Assembly: GCA_030765145.1 (NCBI GenBank)
Contig: JAVCDA010000060.1
Coordinates: 1 to 61,693, forward strand
DNA from: Candidatus Saelkia tenebricola
GTDB lineage: Bacteria; Omnitrophota; Gorgyraeia; Kaelpiales; Kaelpiaceae
DNA length: 61,693 nucleotides
Direction: 5' to 3'
Below the pieces are notes generated by a model, which had not been told where the DNA came from, ran no database searches, and worked only from the letters and a program-made list of their open reading frames with translations. The position numbers and the translations under genes were made by a program. Each line of letters opens with the position of its first letter. Position 1 is the stretch's first letter. Of this stretch, positions 1 to 8,043 are shown piece after piece.

Positions 1-389
1 TGGTTGCTACTGTTCTGCCGAATTTGACAGGCAGGACTCAGCAGGCAAGAATTAGGAGAGCAGAGGCTGAAATCAAAGGTTCTATCGCTACAGCTTTAGA
101 TATGTATGAAATGGATTTTGGAAGATATCCTTCAGTGTTAAGTCAGCTTTGGGATAAAACGCAGGTTTTGGCGGGTTATGATGCAGGGGAGTATGAGATG
201 CAGTGGAATGGCCCCTATCTTAAGAGGGTTAAAGTTAAAGAAGGTTCTATCATCGATCCCTGGGGTAATCTCTATGAATATGAGGTAGTAGATGAAGGCA
301 GAGATTACCAAATGTTATCCAATGGTCCCAGTGTATCTAATCCGGATGATGATATATCATACAATACTGAGGAGGAATTCTTAGAATAG
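1..389 (+). CDS. gspG: Type II secretion major pseudopilin GspG, C-terminal part (5' end outside the window)
   Basis: Frame +3 is open from the window edge. The translation ..VATVLPNLTGRTQQARIRRAEAEIKGSIATALDMYEMDFGRYP..WNGPYLKR..IDPWGNLYEY matches the conserved GspG body (ALDxYxxDxGxYP, DPWGxxYxY). The prepilin leader must lie upstream. Confidence 0.8.
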   Translation, partial: VATVLPNLTGRTQQARIRRAEAEIKGSIATALDMYEMDFGRYPSVLSQLWDKTQVLAGYDAGEYEMQWNGPYLKRVKVKEGSIIDPWGNLYEYEVVDEGRDYQMLSNGPSVSNPDDDISYNTEEEFLE

Positions 390-390
390 T

Positions 391-1788
391 ATGCTGGTAT
401 TAGAAATAGATGATCTGTTCATTAAAATTGCTCAAGGAGAGTTTAAAGGCGGTATAATAAAACTTGAGAAGGGAGCGATTTTTCGCCGCGATGATTTAGA
501 CTTAAATATCTTTAAAAATATTTTCAAAAGTTCGATTCAGAAGAAAGAAAATATTATCTGTGCAATTCCACGGGGTAAAATTTCGATAAGCTACTATACA
601 TTTCCTACCAAAGATCCAAAAGAAATAACGGAAATGACTAAATTTAATGCTTTAAAGCAATTGCCTGATTCTAAAGGCGATATCGTTTTTTCACATAGCA
701 TTTTGAATGTCAATGCTCAGGGGCAAAGTAAAGTGATGTTGGCGGTTGGAAGAAAAAACTTAATAAAGGAGAGATACTTACAGCTGTTAAAAGATGTTAA
801 AATAGAGCCTTACGTTACCATAAATTCTATTCCGTTAGCAAATATATTTACAGCAAAAGGATTGGGGAAAGAATGTTTTCTTGTAATCGATGTAGATTCC
901 AAGGCTACAAATATTTGTGTTGTAGATAAGGAAAAACTTATCTTTTCCCGTGAAGTAGATAAAGGGGCTGGTAAGTTCATCGGAAATGAGGTGGTATTAG
1001 AATTATGGCTAATTGAAATTGAAAGGTCGGTTGCGGCATATCAAAAGGAAAATTTAGGCTCTGATATAAAGAAATGTTATATATCAGGTGTAGAATTACC
1101 GGATAGCGTCAGGAAAATTTTATCAGAGAAATTAAGTTTAGAAGTTGAATATATTCCTCTCAATAAGCTTGTTGATTTCTCTCAGGGTGAAATTAAATCT
1201 TATGCCGAGTCTGTAAAATTGAGTTCAGTTTCATTTACGAAGGTAGCTGGATTGCTCACATTGCAGAAGGCACCGGAAATAAATTTAACGTCTTTAGAAA
1301 CGTTACAAAAAAAAGTTTCGGTTCAAAAATGCAGGACAAATTTAATTATATCAAGTTATCTTTTTATTGCTTTATTTGGATTTATTGGAACAATTGGATG
1401 GGAGTTTTATTATCGCCGTGCTTATATTAATGACCTTGAAAATACTATTGTTAGTATGAAGAAAAAGATAGATATATTGGAACGGAAAAAACGAATAGTT
1501 GATTTGACATTAGATTTAATAAGAAATGAATCTTCTTTTTTGAATGTAATAAAGGACTTGGGTTTAGCTATACCTTCGGATGTAAAATTGCAGACATTGG
1601 ATTATAAGGGAGACAGGATAAGCATTGGAGGCATTTCCTCGACTTTGGATAGCATTTATGATTTCAGCGATAAGTTAAGAAAATCCCCAATTATTATTAA
1701 AGTTGAAGATTTAAAGGTAAGGGAAACTGGCGGTGATAAACGGTCTTTTACGTTGCAAGCAAGTTTAAAAGTTTATGATAAAAAATAA
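391..1788 (+). CDS. GspL-like assembly platform protein (PilM-like actin-fold domain + TM + PilN-like periplasmic domain)
   Basis: The N-terminal half has the PilM/GspL-like pattern (FLVIDVDSKATNICVV..LIFSREVDKGAGKF). One TM segment follows (LIISSYLFIALFGFIGTIGW), then a coiled coil and a small C-terminal domain. It lies between gspG and the secretin. Confidence 0.6.
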   Translation: MLVLEIDDLFIKIAQGEFKGGIIKLEKGAIFRRDDLDLNIFKNIFKSSIQKKENIICAIPRGKISISYYTFPTKDPKEITEMTKFNALKQLPDSKGDIVFSHSILNVNAQGQSKVMLAVGRKNLIKERYLQLLKDVKIEPYVTINSIPLANIFTAKGLGKECFLVIDVDSKATNICVVDKEKLIFSREVDKGAGKFIGNEVVLELWLIEIERSVAAYQKENLGSDIKKCYISGVELPDSVRKILSEKLSLEVEYIPLNKLVDFSQGEIKSYAESVKLSSVSFTKVAGLLTLQKAPEINLTSLETLQKKVSVQKCRTNLIISSYLFIALFGFIGTIGWEFYYRRAYINDLENTIVSMKKKIDILERKKRIVDLTLDLIRNESSFLNVIKDLGLAIPSDVKLQTLDYKGDRISIGGISSTLDSIYDFSDKLRKSPIIIKVEDLKVRETGGDKRSFTLQASLKVYDKK

Positions 1789-2314
1789 GCATTTTCCCCA
1801 GTTACTTAAAAAATACAGGATGTTGATAGGGGTTGTTTGCTTTATATTGTGTTACCGGGTTATATTAAGTCCTTTAATAATTCGTTGGCAGGAACTTAAC
1901 GATAAGATTTTAGTTTTGGAGAGAAAATTTAAAAAAGTAACAAGTTTTTTGAGTGAAGAAAAAGAAATAAATGCGTTTTATCATGATTTATCAAAGGTAA
2001 TAAGTATTCAATCTTTAGAAAGCGACATTACTGAACAGGAGAGGCAAACGCAGACTTTTAGATTTTTAAATGAGAGTGCAAAGAAAACAGGTGTGTATCT
2101 AAAATCTATTACTCCGCATAAACTTAAAATCCAGCAGGAATATAAAATGTTTAGGATAGATGTCAACCTGGAGTCGGATCTGGCAGGGCTTGTAAGATTT
2201 ATCTATTATATTGAAAACTCGCCGCAATTGCTAAAGGTGAAAGATGCACGTGTTTCCTCTTCTAAAGATGGAATGCTGCTTGTAAGATTACAAATAGAAA
2301 AGGTTGTTTTTTAG
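1775..2314 (+). CDS. GspM/PilO-like bitopic inner membrane protein
   Basis: 179 aa with an N-terminal TM (MLIGVVCFILCYRVILSPLII), a coiled coil and a C-terminal alpha/beta domain. It overlaps the upstream gene and sits in the expected position of a secretion cluster. Confidence 0.45.
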   Translation: MIKNKHFPQLLKKYRMLIGVVCFILCYRVILSPLIIRWQELNDKILVLERKFKKVTSFLSEEKEINAFYHDLSKVISIQSLESDITEQERQTQTFRFLNESAKKTGVYLKSITPHKLKIQQEYKMFRIDVNLESDLAGLVRFIYYIENSPQLLKVKDARVSSSKDGMLLVRLQIEKVVF

Positions 2315-2317
2315 GCT

Positions 2318-2782
2318 ATGGAGATTTTAAATTTCTGGTTTCGGCATAAAAAGAAGTTGCAAGTTGCAATGATAGTTTCTATGGTTCTGTTTGTGCTGGA
2401 AGTTGCTATTCGCAGGCCCAAGCAGGTTAATGAATTGCTTGAAGAGTTTTTAAAGTTGAGAAAAAAAAATTTTAAAGTTCAGATTCCCAAGATAATCAAA
2501 TTAGAGCAATACCTTAAAGCTATAGCAGGCAAAGAAATGTTTCTAAGGGAAGAGAGGAAGCCAGAAGATATTAGTAATAGTATTTCAGTTCAATTGTCAG
2601 AATTTGAGTTCAATGGTATTATTCAGTTAGAAAAACCGTATGTAGCTATTTTGAAGAAGAAGACTAGTCAGCAATTGCTTGTACCTGAAGGTGGCACTTT
2701 TGAGGGAATTAAAATAAAGAAAATTAATCCAGAAAGCGTTATAATAGAACATTATGGACAGGAAAAAGTTATTATATTTTAG
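2318..2782 (+). CDS. Small bitopic protein, possible GspC/PilP-like secretin-interacting component
   Basis: 154 aa with an N-terminal TM (LQVAMIVSMVLFVLEVAI) and a beta-rich C-terminus (GIKIKKINPESVIIEHYGQEKVIIF). It lies directly upstream of, and overlaps, the secretin gene. The call rests on position only. Confidence 0.3.
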   Translation: MEILNFWFRHKKKLQVAMIVSMVLFVLEVAIRRPKQVNELLEEFLKLRKKNFKVQIPKIIKLEQYLKAIAGKEMFLREERKPEDISNSISVQLSEFEFNGIIQLEKPYVAILKKKTSQQLLVPEGGTFEGIKIKKINPESVIIEHYGQEKVIIF

Positions 2783-4649
2783 ATTTATAATTGGTTTTTT
2801 AATGTTCATATTTTTATTTTTGCCTGTTTTTAATACAGCGGCAAAGACAGTTGATCTTAAAAGTCCTATTACTCTTGATATAAAAGGAATGGATATATTG
2901 GATGTGTTAAAAATTATTTCTATGCGTTCCGGATTAAGCATAGCTCCTTCTCCTATGGTTAAGGGTAAAATCTCAATATTCTTAAAAAATGTTTCAGTAT
3001 GGGATGCTTTTGAAATAATTGTTGCTTCTAATAGTCTGGCATATGAGAAAAAAGGAGATTTGCTCACTGTTGTTACCGGAAGGGAATATGAAGAAAAGTA
3101 TGGAAAGCCGTTTTATGATATGAGGATTATAAAAACGTTCCATTTTGGGCATGCAAAGGCAGCTTCTGTTTACGAAACTGTTTCGGAATTCAAAAGTAAA
3201 ATCGGTAAAATAGTTGCTGATGATTTTTCTAATACGCTGATAATCCTTGATACTCCGGATGTAGTATATGAGATTGAATCGGTAATAAAAAAGATGGATT
3301 CTCCGTTGGAAACAAAAGTGATTCAATTGAATTATGCAAAGGTGGAAGATATTGAAGAGAAAGTTCAAGATCTGATAACTCAGGATGTTGGAAGTATAAA
3401 ATTTGATGAAACGTCCAACCGTATTGTTGTTACGGATATTCCTAACAAGGTTTCATATATTGAAAAAGTTATCAAAGCATTTGATAAAAGGCCTAAGGAA
3501 GTATTAATAGAAGCCAAGATAATTCAGATAACATTGGATAAAGAACATCAATATGGTGTTGATTGGGAGGCGGTTTTAGGTAAAGAGTTTGGGCTTGGTT
3601 ATGCAGGAGATATTACATTTTCGGATACTGCTACCGGGATAGGTAAAATAGCTATTGGTAAAATTGCATTAGGTGGATCTACAGTATCAAAACATGAATA
3701 CAGAGGTTTATTTAAATTATTCGATAATTTTGGAACAACAGAGGTTCTTGCCAGTCCGAGAATTACAGCTTTAAGTGGACAGGAAGCATACGTTTTATTA
3801 GGCGAGCAGCAGCCTCTTGTATCTATATCTACTTCATATCCTGGAGACAGTTCTACCCCTCAATATACCGAGAGTGTGGAGTATTTAGATTTAGGTGTCA
3901 GACTTTCCGTAACTCCTACAATTTCAGATACAGGGGATATTACAATGAAGATTAAACCCGAGGTAAGTTCTCAAATTGGCGATGCCATTGAGACAGTTAC
4001 CGGTTCTAGGTATATTGTAAAAGGAACAAGTGAAACAGAAACAACGGTAATGATTAAAGATGGCGCCACGATTGTACTTGCAGGGCTTATGAAGGAGGAA
4101 ACTATTAAGAATAAGGAAAAAATTCCCGGGTTGTCTGATATACCGTTAATAGGAAAAATGTTTAAGGGGGAATATAGCAGTAATTATAAGACTGAACTTG
4201 TAATTCTTCTTACGCCTCGTATAGTAACCGGAGAAGGCGTATTTCATGGGAAAAAGAATGCCAAAATAGAATCGGGTAAAAAAGAGCAGTTGGAAATAGC
4301 AGAGCCTTATCAAAAAAAACAGGAATTGTTTTTAGATAAAAACACAGCATCTCTTGATCAGGAAGAGGAGAGGCAGTCATATTCAGAATATTATCTTAAA
4401 GTCACCAACAATATTTATGGTTATTTGAGTAAAAATTATCTGGATATGGGGCTGAATAAGGAAGTCAATGTTGTGTTTTTATTGAATAAAAGAGGTAATT
4501 TAGTAGGAGAGCCTGCTGTTGTGGGAGAAGTAGATCCGTCTATCAGGGATTTAGCGATTGAAGTTGTTAAAAAAGCAGGTCCTTATCCTGTCTTTCCATC
4601 TTCTTTAGATAAAGAAAAAGAAGCTTTCAATATTCTGCTCAGTTTTTAA
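2754..4649 (+). CDS. gspD: Secretin (GspD/PilQ family) with extra C-terminal TonB/TolA-like domain
   Basis: Signal peptide, N0/N1-type repeats (ITLDIKGMDILDVLKIIS.., VIQLNYAKVEDIEEKV), and a secretin core (TEVLASPRITALSGQEA.., IPGLSDIPLIGKMF.., ELVILLTPRIV). A K/E/Q linker and an 89-aa TonB_C-like tail follow. Confidence 0.85.
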   Translation: MDRKKLLYFRFIIGFLMFIFLFLPVFNTAAKTVDLKSPITLDIKGMDILDVLKIISMRSGLSIAPSPMVKGKISIFLKNVSVWDAFEIIVASNSLAYEKKGDLLTVVTGREYEEKYGKPFYDMRIIKTFHFGHAKAASVYETVSEFKSKIGKIVADDFSNTLIILDTPDVVYEIESVIKKMDSPLETKVIQLNYAKVEDIEEKVQDLITQDVGSIKFDETSNRIVVTDIPNKVSYIEKVIKAFDKRPKEVLIEAKIIQITLDKEHQYGVDWEAVLGKEFGLGYAGDITFSDTATGIGKIAIGKIALGGSTVSKHEYRGLFKLFDNFGTTEVLASPRITALSGQEAYVLLGEQQPLVSISTSYPGDSSTPQYTESVEYLDLGVRLSVTPTISDTGDITMKIKPEVSSQIGDAIETVTGSRYIVKGTSETETTVMIKDGATIVLAGLMKEETIKNKEKIPGLSDIPLIGKMFKGEYSSNYKTELVILLTPRIVTGEGVFHGKKNAKIESGKKEQLEIAEPYQKKQELFLDKNTASLDQEEERQSYSEYYLKVTNNIYGYLSKNYLDMGLNKEVNVVFLLNKRGNLVGEPAVVGEVDPSIRDLAIEVVKKAGPYPVFPSSLDKEKEAFNILLSF

Positions 4650-4773
4650 AAATAAATTTTTTAGCAAATCCGACTTTTTTAATAGTATATTCCACAATCC
4701 ATGTTTGGAAGCAATATTGACAGGAGTTTTGTTTGATTGGTATTCAATGCTAAGAAAAAAATAAGACTTCTGG

Positions 4774-5151
4774 TTATTTTGGTGACTTAATTTTTCTTAC
4801 AATCAGTTTTTTGTTCATTCTCTTTGCGGAAAAGAATTTCTTGGTAAAATCAGCTGCTGTTTTAGGATTATAGCTTTTGCAAGAGAAAATGTTAATATGG
4901 GCGGAATTCCAAAGTTCTGAGAAATGGCCTGTTATGGAACTTGTCTCAATAAGCTGGACTAAGGAATAGCCGCTGGTATGAGGTTTCTCATGTCCAAAGT
5001 GAGGGATTAGAGGTTTTCCATAAGGGATCATTTTTATTTTTTTACATAGTTTACTAGAGTATTCTGCGATTGATTTTTTTGATTTTATAATTTCTGAGTC
5101 ACAGTCGTAAAGATCAAGAATTAATTCCCAGCCGAATATTTTTTCTTTCAT
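4774..5151 (-). CDS. AdoMetDC-fold (SpeD/SpeH family) paralog, substrate unknown
   Basis: 125 aa. SGYSLVQLIETSSITGHFSE..AHINIFSCK aligns with the ..ILKESHISVHTWPE..ALDVFVCG core of the canonical SpeH two genes upstream. Its start overlaps the speE stop. Confidence 0.5.
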   Translation of the reverse strand: MKEKIFGWELILDLYDCDSEIIKSKKSIAEYSSKLCKKIKMIPYGKPLIPHFGHEKPHTSGYSLVQLIETSSITGHFSELWNSAHINIFSCKSYNPKTAADFTKKFFSAKRMNKKLIVRKIKSPK

Positions 5152-6011
5152 AATTTTTCTCCTATAATATTTTTAATGTAGTTTGGTAATTTAAAACAGG
5201 CAGTATGTATTTCGGAATTATAATATTTGGTTTTAAGGCTTAATTTAGCAAACCGGTTTTTTAATGTATTTTTATTAAATTTATTGGGGTTAATTGTGTT
5301 AGATGAAAATATCAGACTGAACAATCCACCGATATAAGTCGGAATGCTGGCTGTATAAACGGAAGTATGCTTAAATATCTTAGCTGATTTGTTAAAATTT
5401 TCTTTCAATTCATCCTTTTGTAAGAAACTGGATCCGCTTTGGCGTACCATTATCCCGTTCTTCTTAAGTATGTTAGAAACATTACGGTTAAACTTATCCT
5501 CGAAAAGAACTTTAGCAGGACCTACAGGGTCAGTTGAATCTATGATTGCTACATCATATAAATTGGTTCTATTCTTAATGAATTCTGCACCGTCAGTAAT
5601 AATAAGTTCTAATTTTTTACTCTGGAAAGAATTACTGCATATTTGTTTTAAATACTTTTTAGAGCAATCGATGACTTTTTTTTCTATTTCTACGAGAGTT
5701 ATTTTCTTTATGCCTTTATGTTTTAACACTTCTCGTAAAATTCCTCCATCACCGCCGCCGATTATTAATACCTGTTCGGGATTTGGATGTGAAAACAGAG
5801 GAACATGTGCCATCATTTCATGGTAGATAAACTCATCAGCTGTTGTTGTTTGAATTACCCCGTCAAGTGTAAGGATTTTTCCTAATCTATCAGTTTCTAT
5901 GAATTGTACTTTCTGAGAACTCGAATTTGAACTGTAAAGAGTTTTTTTAACTTTTAATTGTAATTTAATATCCGGATAGAGAGATTCAGAGAACCACTTG
6001 TTTACCATCAA
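5148..6011 (-). CDS. speE: Spermidine synthase (aminopropyltransferase)
   Basis: LTLDGVIQTTTADEFIYHEMMAHVPL, VLIIGGGDGGILREVLKH, AIIDSTDPVGPA are classic SpeE motifs. Confidence 0.93.
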   Translation of the reverse strand: MMVNKWFSESLYPDIKLQLKVKKTLYSSNSSSQKVQFIETDRLGKILTLDGVIQTTTADEFIYHEMMAHVPLFSHPNPEQVLIIGGGDGGILREVLKHKGIKKITLVEIEKKVIDCSKKYLKQICSNSFQSKKLELIITDGAEFIKNRTNLYDVAIIDSTDPVGPAKVLFEDKFNRNVSNILKKNGIMVRQSGSSFLQKDELKENFNKSAKIFKHTSVYTASIPTYIGGLFSLIFSSNTINPNKFNKNTLKNRFAKLSLKTKYYNSEIHTACFKLPNYIKNIIGEKL

Positions 6012-6396
6012 AGATGCCCCTCTTTAATTCCATTATTTGCATCTCTTCTGCATCAAATCCATCTTTAAGAACTGGCAGTGCTTTGTAGGGATCAACATCA
6101 CCGCATACGAATACGTCTAATGCTGCATATTCAAACTCAGGCCATGTGTGAACTGAAATATGAGATTCTTTTAATATTGCAATTCCAGATATGCCTTTAT
6201 AGGGAGAAAAGGTGTGTGCATGGACCTCTAGGAGAGTGGCTCCACATGCAATTACGGCATCTTTTAAAATTTGCTCAGTTGCTGTAGCATCGGAGATATT
6301 TTTTGCTTTCCAAAAGTCAACAAGAAGATGTATTCCTGCATAATCGAACACTTCTCCGTGGCAATAAACAGATTTGTTTTCTTTTACACTTTCCAT
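5986..6396 (-). CDS. speH: S-adenosylmethionine decarboxylase proenzyme, class 1 (pyruvoyl)
   Basis: GIAILKESHISVHTWPEFEYAALDVFVCGD contains the canonical Glu-Ser self-cleavage site and the HTWPE motif. It lies upstream of speE. Confidence 0.9.
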   Translation of the reverse strand: MESVKENKSVYCHGEVFDYAGIHLLVDFWKAKNISDATATEQILKDAVIACGATLLEVHAHTFSPYKGISGIAILKESHISVHTWPEFEYAALDVFVCGDVDPYKALPVLKDGFDAEEMQIMELKRGIFDGKQVVL

Positions 6397-6464
6397 AGTT
6401 TTTCTCCAACAAATAGTATAACATAATAAAAAAAAATCAAATTTAAGTCAATAGTTTATTTTAG

Positions 6465-6504
6465 GACACATAAAGTTATTAATCTTAAAGTTGATTTATG
6501 TGTC
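6465..6504. promoter_or_regulatory. Perfect 10-bp inverted repeat (GACACATAAA-N20-TTTATGTGTC), candidate operator
   Basis: Read directly: arms at 6465-6474 and 6495-6504, in the divergent intergenic region between speH (-) and the receiver gene (+). The right arm overlaps a -35-like hexamer. Confidence 0.3.
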
Positions 6505-6519
6505 GGCAGGTATTATAAT
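6491..6519 (+). promoter_or_regulatory. Sigma70-like promoter candidate for the receiver gene
   Basis: TTGATT (6491-6496), 17-nt spacer, TATAAT (6514-6519), about 77 nt upstream of the ATG at 6596. Such matches occur by chance in AT-rich DNA. Confidence 0.3.
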
Positions 6520-6595
6520 AATCGGTGTAATATTTGTGTTTGATGAGGATAAAGTAGCTGAAATTGTGTTGTGTTTTGTTTAAGGAGGATAGGCT

Positions 6596-6961
6596 ATGAA
6601 AAAGATACTTATTGTGGATGATGAGCCGGATTTAAGGACTGTTGCAAAGATGCGCCTTGAAGTAGAGGGGTATCAAATAATAGTAGGTAGTAATGGTCAA
6701 GAATGTTTGGATTTGGCTCAGAAAGAAATGCCTGATTTAATAATTTTAGATATAATGATGCCGGTAATGGATGGCTATACCGCTTTAAAGCATCTTAAAG
6801 CAGATCAGAGTCTTTCGGAAATTCCGGTAATAATGTTTTCGATAAAAGAAAAGATGAAAATGGAAGGGTTATTTATAACTGATATGGTTGAATGTTATAT
6901 TGAGAAGCCGTTTGAAGCAGAAGAACTTGTTTCTAAAGTTAAAAGTGTTTTAGGAGAATGA
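6596..6961 (+). CDS. Stand-alone response regulator receiver domain (CheY-like)
   Basis: KKILIVDDEPD.. and DLIILDIMMPVMDG (phospho-acceptor Asp), followed by ..PVIMFS.. and a conserved Lys near EKPF. There is no output domain. A strong SD (AAGGAGG) lies upstream. Confidence 0.85.
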   Translation: MKKILIVDDEPDLRTVAKMRLEVEGYQIIVGSNGQECLDLAQKEMPDLIILDIMMPVMDGYTALKHLKADQSLSEIPVIMFSIKEKMKMEGLFITDMVECYIEKPFEAEELVSKVKSVLGE

Positions 6962-7015
6962 TTTGACAATTCTCAGGTCTTATGTACAATAAGCCTTTGT
7001 TATAAGGAGATAAAA

Positions 7016-7888
7016 ATGAGTTTAAAGGTAGGTATTCCAAAAGGCAGTTTACAGGAAAAGACTATTTTGCTTTTCAAAAAAGCAGGTTTTAATATAAGTC
7101 TTGCTCATCGCTCATATTTTCCTTCAGTTGATGATTCAGATATGGAAATGGTAATGCTCAGAGCACAGGAGATGTCATATTATGTAGAAGCAGGTGTTTT
7201 AGATTGCGGTCTTACAGGTGAGGATTGGATTAAAGAAAATAGTTCCAATGTCATTAGAGTAGCAGAACTTATATACGCTAAACAGCAAATGGTTCCTGTA
7301 AAATGGATTTTGGCTGTCCGCGAAGATTCGGGAATAAAAAGTATTAAAGATTTGGAAGGTAAAAGAATAGCTACAGAACTTGTTAATGTGACAAAAGAAT
7401 ATCTCAAAAAAAATGGCATTACAGCGGATGTGGAATTTAGTTGGGGTGCGACAGAGGCAAAAGTGGCAAACGGTATGGTTGATGCCATTGTAGATCTTAC
7501 TGAGACAGGACAGAGTCTTAAGAGGAATAATTTAAGAATTGTTGAAACAATATGCAGTTCTACGACTCAATTCATTGCCAATAAAGATATCTGGGGTGAT
7601 CCTCAGAAGAAATCTAAGATAGAAAGCCTAGTGCTTCTTTTAAAGGGAGCTTTAAATGCAGAATCTAAAGTAGGCCTTAAGATGAATGTTTCTAAGGAAA
7701 ATTTGGATAAAGTGTTTAATCTCTTACCGGCAATGCGTAAACCTACGATTTCGACTCTGACAGAAGATAAATGGTTTGCAATAGAAACAATAGTAGATGA
7801 ACAGAAGGTGAGAGAGTTAATTCCTAAACTTAAACAATTCGGGGCAGAAGGAATTATAGAATATCCTCTTAACAAAGTCATCGCTTAG
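7016..7888 (+). CDS. hisG: ATP phosphoribosyltransferase, long form
   Basis: LKVGIPKGSLQEKTILLFKKAGF at the N-terminus, VDAIVDLTETGQSLKRNNL, and a C-terminal regulatory domain. 290 aa. Confidence 0.85.
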   Translation: MSLKVGIPKGSLQEKTILLFKKAGFNISLAHRSYFPSVDDSDMEMVMLRAQEMSYYVEAGVLDCGLTGEDWIKENSSNVIRVAELIYAKQQMVPVKWILAVREDSGIKSIKDLEGKRIATELVNVTKEYLKKNGITADVEFSWGATEAKVANGMVDAIVDLTETGQSLKRNNLRIVETICSSTTQFIANKDIWGDPQKKSKIESLVLLLKGALNAESKVGLKMNVSKENLDKVFNLLPAMRKPTISTLTEDKWFAIETIVDEQKVRELIPKLKQFGAEGIIEYPLNKVIA

Positions 7889-7938
7889 GTTATATATAAC
7901 TACAATCGTGTTTTTTAGTTTTATCAGGAGGTAAATGT

Positions 7939-8028
7939 ATGCCTTGCGGAAGAAAAAGAAAAAAAAAGAGTATTAAAACTCATCAAAGAAAAAAAAGATT
8001 AAAAAGAGATAGGCATAAGAAGAAATAA
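7939..8028 (+). CDS. Unannotated 29-aa Lys/Arg-rich ORF, possible bS22-like (AURKAIP1/COX24-type) small ribosomal protein
   Basis: AGGAGG at 7926-7931 lies 7 nt before the ATG at 7939. The translation is MPCGRKRKKKSIKTHQRKKRLKRDRHKKK*. It is below the ORF-track size cutoff. Confidence 0.5.
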   Translation: MPCGRKRKKKSIKTHQRKKRLKRDRHKKK

Positions 8029-8043
8029 TAGTTTGCAGCTAAA

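Noticed and set aside
2627-3067. Antisense or overlapping ORFs in the six-frame track. Examples: 2627-3067(-), 2994-3368(-), 5389-5826(+), 6078-6287(+), 7180-7488(-), 10782-11333(-), 12064-12447(-), 24601-24936(-), 41240-41800(-), 42031-42459(-), 48157-48537(-), 51904-52158(+), 53096-53374(+), 56202-56534(-), 60958-61179(-).
   Set aside because: Each lies entirely within or opposite a gene with strong family motifs. Their translations are low-complexity, Ser/Ile/Phe-rich shadow-frame products with no recognisable motif. They are typical of AT-rich DNA with long open antisense frames.
7951-8028. Long A-rich tract between hisG and the TPR gene, initially read as low-complexity spacer or a slippage-prone homopolymer region.
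   Set aside because: It is in frame with an SD-preceded ATG and encodes a Lys/Arg-rich peptide, so it is reported as a small CDS instead. Homopolymer sequencing errors could still shift the frame.
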